Part shown: piece by piece, positions 54,407 to 64,000 of the stretch
Position numbering within the stretch: position 1 is the first letter of the stretch
How the letters are laid out: every line of letters starts with the position of its first letter
Source of the DNA: Chiloscyllium plagiosum
Taxonomy: Eukaryota
Direction of reading: 5' to 3'
Assembly (NCBI RefSeq): GCF_004010195.1
Contig: NC_057720.1
Span: 48,338,880 to 48,402,879 of the forward strand
Length of the DNA: 64,000 nucleotides
Position numbers and translations under genes: made by a program
Notes under the pieces: model-generated
The model's input: only the letters and a program-made list of their open reading frames with translations
Databases searched by the model: none
What the model was told of the DNA's origin: nothing

Positions 54407-55575
54407 TTGGATGAGGGTCGAGCAGTGGATGTAGTGTACATGGATTTTAGTAAGGCATTTGATAAGGTTCCCCATGGTAGGCTTATGCGGAAAGTCAGGA
54501 GGCATGGGATAGTGGGAAATTTGGCCAGTTGGATAGAGAACTGGCTAACCGGTCGAAGTCAGAGAGTGGTGGTAGATGGTAAATATTCAGCCTGGAGCCC
54601 AGTTACAAGTGGAGTTCCGCAGGGATCAGTTCTGGGTCCTTTGCTGTTTGTAATTTTTATTAATGACTTGGAAGAGGGAGTCGAAGGGTGGGTCAGTAAA
54701 TTTGCAGACGATACGAAGTTTGGTGGAGTCGTGGATAGTGAGGAGGGCGGTTGTCAGCTGCAAAGGGACTTAGATATGATGCAGAGCTGGGCTGAGGAGT
54801 GGCAGATGGAGTTAAACCCTGTCAAGTGTGAGGTTGTCCATTTTGGAAGGACAAATAAGAATGCGGAATACAGGGTTAATGGTAGGGTTCTTAGTAAGGT
54901 GGAGGAGCAGAGGGATCTTGTGGTCTATGTTCATAGCTCTTTGAAAGTTGCCACTCAGGTGGATAGAGCTTGTAAGAAGGCCTATGGTGTATTAGCATTC
55001 ATTAGCAGAGGGATTGAATTCAAGAGTCGTGAGGTGATGTTGCAGCTGTACAGGACCTTGGTAAGGCCACATTTGGAGTACTGTGTGCAGTTCTGGTCGC
55101 CTCACTTTAGGAAAGATGTGGAAGTTTTGGAGAGGGTGCAGAGATTTACCAGGATCTTGCCTGGAATGGAGAATAGGTCATACGAGGATAGGTTGAGTGC
55201 GCTAAGCCTTTTCTCATTGGAACGGCGAAGGATGAGGGGTGACTTGATAGAGGTTTATAAGATGATTAGGGGAATAGATAGAGTAGACAGTCAGAGACTT
55301 TTTCCCCGGGTACAACAGAGTGTTACAAGGGGACATAAATTTAAGGTGAAGGGTGGAAGGTATAGGGGGGAATGTCAGGGGTAGGTTCTTTACCCAGAGA
55401 GTGGTGGGGGCATGGAATGCGCTGCCTGTGGGAGTGGCAGAGTCAGAATCATTGGTGACCTTTAAGCGGCAATTGGATAGGTACATGGATAGGTGCTTAA
55501 GCTAGGACAAATGTTCGGCACAACATCGTGGGCCGAAGGGCCTGTTCTGTGCTGTATTGTTCTATGTTCTATGTT
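54407..55575 (+). mobile_element. Young 5'-truncated CR1 LINE with open RT frame
   Basis: 325-codon open frame containing YMDFSKAFDKV, GVPQGSVLGP and KFADDTK; 3' tail (TTCTATG)n; CpGs retained. Confidence 0.96.
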
Positions 55576-57127
55576 ATTGATTTATAGTGAAACAGAAATT
55601 ATTCATTAAGGTGTAAAGCTGATTAACACTCAATTTGAAATAGGGAAATATAAATATTTATCCTTCTAAATTAAGATCCAAACATACCATTTCAATGGAA
55701 AAACTTTTCCTGCGAAGATTAATTTTGAAATAAAATCTTTGTCCAATAATTGTTAGTCCTTGAAGGCAAAAAAAAATTCTATGAAATGTTCAAGATAGCT
55801 TTCTGTCATGATCGTGGCACATGTAGGCAGGTGTCATTGAACGCAGGCAATTGTTGTCGGGACATTTGCCGATGCAGTTCATGAAGGAGTAATTGAGAAT
55901 TCAAAGGCTTTTAATGAGCCTTTGATCAGTATTGGATCAGTATTTACTTTATCACACTGCACCCTCCTCATGGATTTCCCCTGAAAGACAAAGGATGAAC
56001 TGTGCAACTTCATTTTCTCAGTGGACTCAACCCCAACTGAATTCCAAGCAAAATTTAACTCCTAACAGCCAGAAACCCAGGCATACAATTTCTGGTAAAT
56101 AAGTTCAAGCAATTAGATTAAGGCATGTCACCTCCAAAATGTCTCTTTTACAAAAATCAAAATCCTTTTAGTGACACCTTTAAAGAAAAACTGTTCTGAT
56201 ATCTATTCAGCCTTTTCAAATTAACCATTGTCTATAATCCTTTCTAACCATCCCAGTATGTTACCCATACATAATGAATATTTATTGCCTGCAAAAAAGC
56301 CTCTGTTTTGGAACCGATCAAATGCCTTCTGGAAATGTCAGTACAGGGCATCCATTGATTCAAGTTTACCTACAGAACATGTTACTTCCTTAAAGAAATT
56401 CAATATATGCCTGCACTGGTAAAACATGATATTCCTTCTGCAAATAGAGGTTGATTCAGCTTGATCACTAGGAACCTAAGTGTCCTGTTACAATATCTTT
56501 ACTGGTAGCTTCTAGCATCTTCCCTATAACAAAAGATTAAGCTAATTAGCCTGTAGTTTCCTGCTTTCCATGTCCCTTTCTTCTTAAATTAGTTGCATTT
56601 GGTATTTTCCAATCTGATGGAACCATCTCTGAATCTAGAGAATTTGGAACTTATGACCTCTCTAGTCACTTGAATTGACATTCTAAAGTGAAGCTCTTCA
56701 GCACCCAGGACTTGTCAACCCCCCAACTCCCAACAATTTGCTTATTAACATTTCTTTGGTGATTCTCGAGTTCCTCCCTCCTTTCCATTTCCTAATTAAC
56801 AACTATCTCCAAGTTGTCATTAATATCCATTGCAGTCAAAGCCTATTAAAAAAAACAGATCTGTTCATTTGTCATATCCTAATTTTCTATCATTAATTCC
56901 TGAAACTAAGTTTCTATATATCCAGCATTCACTTCATTAACTATTTTCTTTCGAAGATATTCATAGAAACTCTTAATATATTTGATTATATTTCTAGCTA
57001 GTTATCTGTTTACTTTAATACTTTCCTTCCTATCCATAATGGAGCTTTTTTTTTGCTTTTTTAAAACTGTTTTGTCCAATCTTTTGACTCGCTACCCATC
57101 TTTGTGCAAGTATATGCTTTTTATTTA

Positions 57128-57830
57128 TAGAGTTATAGAGTCCTACAGCAAGGAGACAGACCCTTTGGCCCAAACTGGTCCATACTGTCCAAAATGTCCA
57201 AATTTCCCTGCACTTGGCCCCTATCCTTCGAAACCTTTGCTATCCATGTATTTGTCCAAATGCCTTTTAAATGTTGTTAATGTACCCACCTCAACCATTT
57301 CTGCTAGCAGCTCATTCCATAAGTATACCACCTGCTGAGTAAAAAGGTTGCCCTCAGGTTCCCTTTTATTCTTTCCCCCTAACTTTAAATTGATGGCCAC
57401 TTATTCTCAATTCCCCAACCCTGGGAAAAAGACTGAGTGCATTCACCTTATCCATGCCTCTCATAATCTTATACAGTTCTAAGATCACCCCTCAGTCTCT
57501 GTCACTCTAAAGAAAAATGTCCTAGCTTGTCCAACCTCTACCTATAACTCAGGCCGTTGAGTTCTGGCAACATCCTTGTAAATTTCTTCTGCACTTCTTC
57601 CGTTTATTAACATCCTTCGTATAGCAAGGTGACCAAAACTGAACACAATACTTCAAGTGTAGCCTCACCAATGTCCTGTAAAACTGCAATATAACTTCCC
57701 AATTTCTTTACTCAATGCCTTGACAGAAGAAGGCCAGTTTGCTAAAAGCCTTCTTCACTGCTCTATCTGCCTGTGACTCCACTTTGAGAGAACTGTGCAC
57801 TTGAAGTCCAAGTTCCCTCTGTTTCACCAT
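57128..57830 (-). mobile_element. CR1 3' end (nested)
   Basis: Tail agagttatagagtcctacagc plus reverse-complement VQFWSP and FTRMLP motifs. Confidence 0.85.
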
Positions 57831-58185
57831 GAGCTTGGTACAATCTTTAACTTCTGAGTGACCAACAAAAAGTGGGCCCCTCCCTTGGGATGTCTGTATC
57901 TTGTGTATTCTGAAATATCTCCTTACATGTGTGCCACCTATTTCATAATATAATTTTCCAGTTCACTTTAGCTCATTCTACTTTCATGTCCTTGTAATTA
58001 CCTATTTTTAAGTTTAGAATTCTAGCCTTGCACCATCACTAAAACTGAATGTAACATTCAGTCACATTATAATTGCTTCTGATTAGAGGTATCTCCATTA
58101 TTAGGCCATTAATTAATCCTACCTAGTTGCACAGTATCAGGTCTTGTATAACTGGCTTTCTGGTTAGCACAAGAAAGTGCTGATA

Positions 58186-58497
58186 GAGTCATAGAGATGT
58201 ACAGCATGGAAACAGACCCTTCGGTCCAACCTGTCCATGCCGACTAGATATCCCAATCTAGTCACACCTGCCAGCACCCGGCACATATCCCTCCAAACCC
58301 TTCCTATTCATATACCCATCCAAATGCCTCTTAAATGTTGCAATTGTACCAGCCTCCACCACATCCTCTGGAGCTCATTCCATACACGTACCACCCTCTG
58401 CGTGAAAAAGTTGCCCCGCAGGTCTCTTTTATATCTTTCCCCTCTCACCCTAAACTTATGCCCTCTAGTTCTGGACTCCCCGACCCTAGGAAAAAGA
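58186..58497 (-). mobile_element. Short CR1 3' end (nested)
   Basis: LFPRVGESRTRGHKFRVRGERYKRDLRGNFFTQRVV; same family as 50448-51070. Confidence 0.88.
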
Positions 58498-59223
58498 TCT
58501 AAGAAATTGTCACAAAAAAAATCTACAAACTCCTCATCTAGACTGTCCTTTCTCATTTGATTTTACCAGTCTGTTGTTGAGAATTAAATCCCCTGGATTA
58601 TTACCTTCCTGAGAAGCATCCATTATTCCTGCCTTTATACTCCATGTGGTTAACAAGGCTGTACACCACCTTAGCGTGTGATTTCTTGTCTTTATCATTC
58701 TTCATTTCTACCTAAACCTCTTGTATATCCTGGTTGACTGAACTTAAGAAATACCTCTCGATAGTGTTAATACCATCATTAATTAATAGAGCCTTCCTCC
58801 ATTTTTGCTAACTTCCTGATCTTCCTAAACATAAGGTACCTTCAAAATTCAGGTCCCAAATGATCTCATCCTGCAGCTGTGTTTCTGTAACAGCTATTAG
58901 ATTGTATTTATTTATTTCTATTTGTGCTATTAATTCATCAATTCTGTTTGAAATGCTACATGTATTCAGATACAGAGCTTTTGGTTTTGTTCTTTTTTAA
59001 CTTTTGTAACCATTACCCACATCTGCTTGTCTGCTCTTAGATCTATAGTCTTTATTCTTTAATCTCTTGCTCTGTTTGTCATTTCCTATATCAACACTTT
59101 GCTCTCTTGTCTAGTCTCTTTTCTTTGAATTATCATATCTTCACAAGTTTGATCACTTCACCCTACTATTTAGCTTAAAATTCTCCTTGCTTCCTTAATT
59201 GCATTGCTTGTTAGAACACCAGA

Positions 59224-59527
59224 GCTGAAAATGTGTCGCTGGAAAAGCGCAGCAGGTCAGGCAGCATCCAAGGAGCAGGAGAATCGACGTTTCGGGCATG
59301 AGCCCTTCTTCGTGAACAATTTCTTTTTCCCTGGTCCTCACTCTGAACAACTTCTCTTTCCTAGTCCCTGTACACCTCCATCCCCCATCACGAAGGACTC
59401 AAAGCCCTCCGCTTCTTCCTTTCCCGCTGTACCGACCAGTACCCTTCCACTGACACCCTCCTTCGACTGACTGAACTGGTCCTCACTCTGAACAACTTCT
59501 CTTTCCAATCCTCCCCCTTCCACACCC
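59224..59527. mobile_element. Rearranged Penelope insertion: inverted terminal repeat with hammerhead plus an internal RT fragment
   Basis: Minus strand GAAGA-A-GGGC-TCAT-GCCC-GAAAC-GTC. Plus strand encodes SLYTSIPHHEGLKALRFFLSRCTDQYPSTDTLLRLTELVLTLNNFSF (PLE RT, motif A toward B). TSD cttgttagaacaccaga at 59207-59223 and 59528-59544. Confidence 0.88.
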
Positions 59528-60679
59528 CTTGTTAGAACACCAGAACCAGCATATTTCTGGTCTAGATCATCCCAATGATGCAGTCCCCACATTCCCCAGT
59601 GTCCCAGAACTGAAACTCACTCTATCACAACTTTGAGCTACTCATTCATCTCTCTAACCTGACTTGCTGTATGCTAATATGACTAACTAAAACTCATCTG
59701 ATTTTCTAATGTCCTTTAGAGAAAAAAAATCAGTTGTTCCTACCTGGACCGGACTACATGCGACTCCATACCCAGAGTAACCTGTTGGACTCTTAACTGC
59801 CCTCCGTAATGACTGGAGAGTTAATTAGTTCAAGGACAACTTCATATGGGCAAGAAGTGCTGGTCCTGATAGAGACATGCAAAAATAAAAAAAACCAAGA
59901 CAAAACAGTGGATTCAATGGCACCCTATCCACCACATCAACATATACTTCCTCCATCACTGGCACAAAGTGGTAGTAACACATACCATTTACAAGATAAA
60001 CTGTAACAACTCATCTGAACGCCTTTGATAGCACCATGACCTCTACAATCTTGAAGGACAAGGGCAACAGACCCTGTCAAGGAAAACATCATCCTGATTT
60101 GGGACCATATCACCATTCATTAACTATTGCTAACTCAAAACTCTGAAACTCCTATCCAATGACAGGAGTTTGTTATGTATCTAAGCAATTTGAATTTCAA
60201 TAGTTCAAGTAGTAAATCATATCGCCCCTCGCATCAGCAATTAGGGATAGGCATTAAATGTTCACACTGCCAGCATCACTCCCATTGCAACAGCAAATTA
60301 AAAAGAGTAATTTATGCCACTATCTTTTCTTGATGTTTATTATTTCATATACAGTCATGCAATCATATTTCAGTAATCCTTTTCAAGGATTAAGAGCCAA
60401 AATGCTTCAGTATTCTCTAATTATTCAGCACTGTGAAACAAGTGATCAGTTTCATGACTTTTCTCAAAACTGCCTCCAGCATTGGAATGTTTCCCTTATG
60501 TTTATCTCAAAAGCCTGTTTCACCACTTACTGGTTAAGCTGATTCTCACTGTGTCATAAACATAGTCTGAAACATCTTGCCACTTTCAATCTATGAGCAG
60601 CTCAGTGTCAATGGAAATCCACTATATTATCTGCACAAAACTGGGACAGACTATAGCTGCAATTTAGAAGACAAGGACA

Positions 60680-60930
60680 AAAAGAATTTGCACTATATAA
60701 TGTGTCTTCAGGACCTCTCAAAGCTCTTCACAGCCAATAAATTACTTGTTGAAGTGTAATCACTTGTTGTTATATAACACATATATAACAATTTGCACAC
60801 AGCAAGACTCCCTAAACAGCAATAAGATAAATGACCAGTTAATCTGTTTGTTGATGTTCACTGAGAGAGAAACATTGGCTAAAACACCAGGTGAACTCGC
60901 CTCTTTTTTTCACTTGTGCATGGTATCAAG
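60680..60930 (-). mobile_element. Deu-SINE (SacSINE1-like) fragment
   Basis: ttgcactatataatg...ttcacagccaataaattacttgttgaagtgtaatcac...gcacacagcaagactccc...aaatgaccagttaatctg. Confidence 0.7.
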
Positions 60931-61038
60931 GACTATAGACACTTAGAATGTGCAATGAGTTAGATCATGTTGACAAAGACAAGAGCAAGAAAACATACAG
61001 AAAGCCAAAGGCTGTTGTGGTCAGGGGCAACTCATCAC

Positions 61039-61112
61039 CTGATGAAGGGCTTTTGTCCAAAACATCGATTTTCCTGCTCCTCTGATGCTGCCTGACCTGT
61101 ACCACTCTAATT
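61039..61112 (+). mobile_element. Minimal Penelope terminal fragment with CpG-decayed hammerhead
   Basis: CTGATGA-A-GGGC-TTTT-GTCC-AAAAC-ATC. TSD gcaactcatcacctgat at 61027-61043 and 61113-61129. Confidence 0.8.
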
Positions 61113-62034
61113 GCAACTCATCACCTGATAATTGAAAAAAACAATGGCTAAGCTATTTTAACAATCTCATCTGCTTGACCAAGCTAAGTGACAGTGCAAC
61201 AATAAGGAAGAAGCTTACATTCATATATAGCCAGGAAGGCTGTATTGGATGAAAAAGTTAAAGATTTATCAGATTCATTTTAAAATGGAATATAGCACTT
61301 CCACAACCCTGATAGCTTAGTACTGTATTAGGAAAGAATTTCTGTCAATGTCTCGTCACACTTTGTATTTGCAACTTTAAGAACCCACTGAAAGTGAATG
61401 CTCATTGTGTTCATCAAAGGTTCAAATGATTATGTTAATAATCACCTGCCAAGTAAGTCAGTACCTTAAAAAAGGACTTACTCCTGCATCTGATTCACCT
61501 GTTTTGCAATGGAATTTTATTTGTTCAAGCACCAGGCTATGTACAAAATACAGTGTAGTCGGAATTATTTGCTAGACCAAGCAAAATTATTTCACCAGAT
61601 TTATATTTCAAATAGAAATTTCAGAATTAAGAGAAGTATTATAAAGTTCATCAATATAATCATTCAAATTAAGTAAATAAAGAAAACTCATCTGGTTGGA
61701 CAGTGTCAATATTATAAATCATAGCACAGTTTACAAGTCACATGTTCATCAATAACTTTGCTACTCATCATTGCAATATCATGGCAAACATTTACATCCC
61801 AAAATTCAGCTCTTCAGTCCTGTTTTACCAGTATTAAGAAAGCATAGAGATCATAATGTGGTAACCATACTTCTTCTATCCACTTTTGGTGCAGCCTATG
61901 TGGCACACCAAGAGTCTAAAGGCATGTACTGTGCTCTGAAATGATCAGACTGCACAAATTCTACTGATTTAGTATACAACCTACCATTCTGCACCTCATA
62001 TGCCTTATTTTCTTTTCATTAACCAAATTTGCTA

Positions 62035-62135
62035 AGCAACCTGTTCAGAAATGTAATTATACACCTCTGCAGCAGGTGGGAATTGAACCCAGGTTTTTCA
62101 GCTCAGGGGTAGGGACACTACCACTGCATCACAAG
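62035..62135 (-). mobile_element. Short tRNA-derived SINE
   Basis: Minus-strand A-box-like tgtgatgcagtggtag and B-box ggttcaattccc; does not fold as a complete tRNA. Confidence 0.65.
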
Positions 62136-62534
62136 ATGGGCCCCTCACATTTTATTAGTGCTCTCTGTTGAACTGTTACTGGCTGAATATGTTTTGGTTA
62201 TATGAAAAATGCCTCCTTTGATACTATTTGTCAGGATTGCCATAGAACTTACAGAAAGCTTTTGACTTTGCATTGTAGCAGAATGCATGGAAGTACTGTA
62301 TATCGTGTTGTTGTAGGAGTTAGCAAAGCTTTTGAATTCAGAAAGGAATGAAGCTGAAGTGTGACAAGTAGGCCAGACAGCAAAAAGACTGTTTTCATTA
62401 ATCCAGCATGTCAGGAGGATGGTGAGCTTTAAGCAGAAGAAGTAGCATTTCTTCAGAGGTGCTTACATTTCACTGAGGAGGTGGACACAGAACTGTGCTA
62501 CCTCCTAGATGCTTAGAAAATAATTAATTAGGAG

Positions 62535-63003
62535 AGTAAACATGCATTTATGAAAGTGAAAACATGTTTGACAAATGTAATCGTTTATTTAGAACCTCAT
62601 TAGCAGAGGTGGTAAGGAGGATCTGGTAAATAAGGTGTATTTGGACTTTCAGACGGCTTCTGATAAAGTCTGAAATTCAGAATTAATATGTACGGGATTG
62701 GGGATATTATCCTAGCATGGTTTGAGGATTAGGCAAGGCAGAAAGCGGAGAGTAGAATTTGGCAGGCTGTGAGCATTGGGGTGCTGCAAGGATTGACACT
62801 TAGACCCCAGCTGTTCACAATCTGTATCTATGATTGGGATTATGGGTGCCAATTTTAATATTTTCAAGTTTGCAGATGATACAAACTTTGGTGGGAATGT
62901 GAGTTGTGAGAAGAATGCAAAGAGGCTTCAAGGGATTTAGTTAGGTGAGTGATGAGCATGAGTCTGGTAGATGGGCTATAATGTGGATAGGTGTGAGGTG
63001 ATA
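62535..63003 (+). mobile_element. Degraded CR1 RT fragment
   Basis: VYLDFQTASDKV, GVLQG and KFADDT motifs. Confidence 0.8.
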
Positions 63004-64000
63004 GGCATCTCTAGCTTAGGTCTTGCATTCTTGCAGCCGGTGAATATGTTGATGGATTTCACAATCCATATTTGCAGTACAAGAAGAAGGTGTGGCATGA
63101 TGTGATGAAAACACTGGTGACTCTGGCAGTCCGGATGATTAAGGCAGTCTCATAAAGTGAGAACTAAGCTTTAGGAACACTTAGAGCAGCAATAAATGTT
63201 TCCATTGTTGACGTAAACAGCACCCAGTTTTCAGGATATATTCAGGAAGAGACAACCTACTTTTAAGCAGGGCATTAATCCAACTGAGTTCATGCCCAGC
63301 AACAGTGTGTTAGTAAACAGTATCCTTTTTAAGGAAACCTCTGACTGAGTGACATGTTCCAGAAACGTTAGGTGGAATTTCCCCTCCATAGGGATGGAGA
63401 GATTGGTTGCAAGAATGGGAAATAGTTAGATGAGTTTTCCCTGGAGTGAAACTTGCTTCCTTCTCACCATCTCTGCAATTAGGTGCTGGTGAACAAGGTT
63501 GATGGGTGACTGTCTCAACTCACCAGCAAGTAAAGCCCTTCAAGTCAAATAATGGCCACAAAAGAGCCTCAATGTACCACCTCTCCAATTATTTACCTTC
63601 CTGGTGGGTGAGAAAGTTGGCTATTTCCTAGCTGAGAAATCAGGGTGACCTGCCTGCCAAGGTTAAGGCAAGGACCTTCAATTGTCCCAATCTGTGAGCA
63701 ATCAGAGAGGTGGAGATAGTGTCCCCTTACCTCCAAAACCCCGCCCATCACCCTCCTCCCCTTGACCCCTAACCTGTGAAAATGGAAAAAAAAAGCAATT
63801 AACCTGTCACTGCTGGATTCCCTCTGGAATAGGCCTTGACAGGCGCTCCTCAGGACCCAGACACTGCTGGCATAATGTAGACGACCAGCTTTTGGCCACC
63901 TGACCCTCCCAAATGTTGAGCCGCTGATCGGGTTACAAACTCTTAATGATTGATAAGCATGCGATATGGTGCATTATTTCGCTGCTGGGGCAGTGTTTCA

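Larger units (their letters stand above)
53007..56176 (-). mobile_element. Degraded Gypsy-like LTR retroelement interrupted by a young CR1
   Basis: Two ~75-bp direct repeats starting TGTTATGA (53007 and 54291). PBS-like TGGAGGCT abuts the right LTR on the minus strand, E/K-rich gag-like coding remnant at 53690-54110, candidate LTR end GTGACA at 56176. No TSD found. Confidence 0.5.
56190..59700 (-). mobile_element. Long old CR1 LINE hosting nested insertions
   Basis: Degenerate RT (56200-56560) to endonuclease-region remnants, interrupted at 57128, 58186 and 59224. Confidence 0.55.

Noticed and set aside
54407-55384. 325-aa reverse transcriptase ORF as a host gene or novel RT system
   Set aside because: It is a 5'-truncated CR1 ORF2 with a TTG pseudo-start and a typical CR1 tail.
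15328-61112. Calling any hammerhead copy an active ribozyme gene
   Set aside because: Every copy has a core mutation, truncation or deletion, and minimal PLE hammerheads probably need a dimer partner.
62035-62135. tRNA gene
   Set aside because: A and B boxes are present but there is no acceptor stem or cloverleaf; it is a SINE head.

Overview
AT-rich vertebrate genomic DNA, most likely from a shark: it carries HE1-type V-SINEs, Deu-SINE tails, abundant CR1 LINEs and Penelope-like fragments. The only supportable protein-coding gene is the 5' end of Nuclear Factor I A (NFIA) on the minus strand. It comprises a 27-bp coding first exon (MYSPLCLTQ, 10703-10729), a 532-bp DNA-binding-domain exon (4469-5000) and a likely alternative upstream first exon ending in ATG|gtacgt (~14172). 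The gene continues off the left edge. Positions ~1-29.6 kb are almost transposon-free, and ~9.4-27.6 kb retain CpG despite being AT-rich, ending at a strong CTCF-like motif. Positions ~29.6-64 kb are a nested graveyard of LINEs, SINEs, MITEs and an LTR relic. The most interesting observations are: (1) seven tiny Penelope-derived insertions carrying hammerhead-ribozyme motifs, most with 12-17 bp target-site duplications and six beginning or folding back at the hammerhead core, including a perfect 84-bp hairpin; (2) an NFIA leader uORF ending in a proline-rich tail whose stop overlaps the main start (TAATG); (3) a 21-bp-phased nuclear-receptor element cluster in intron 2. All calls were made by eye; repeat family names and boundaries are approximate.
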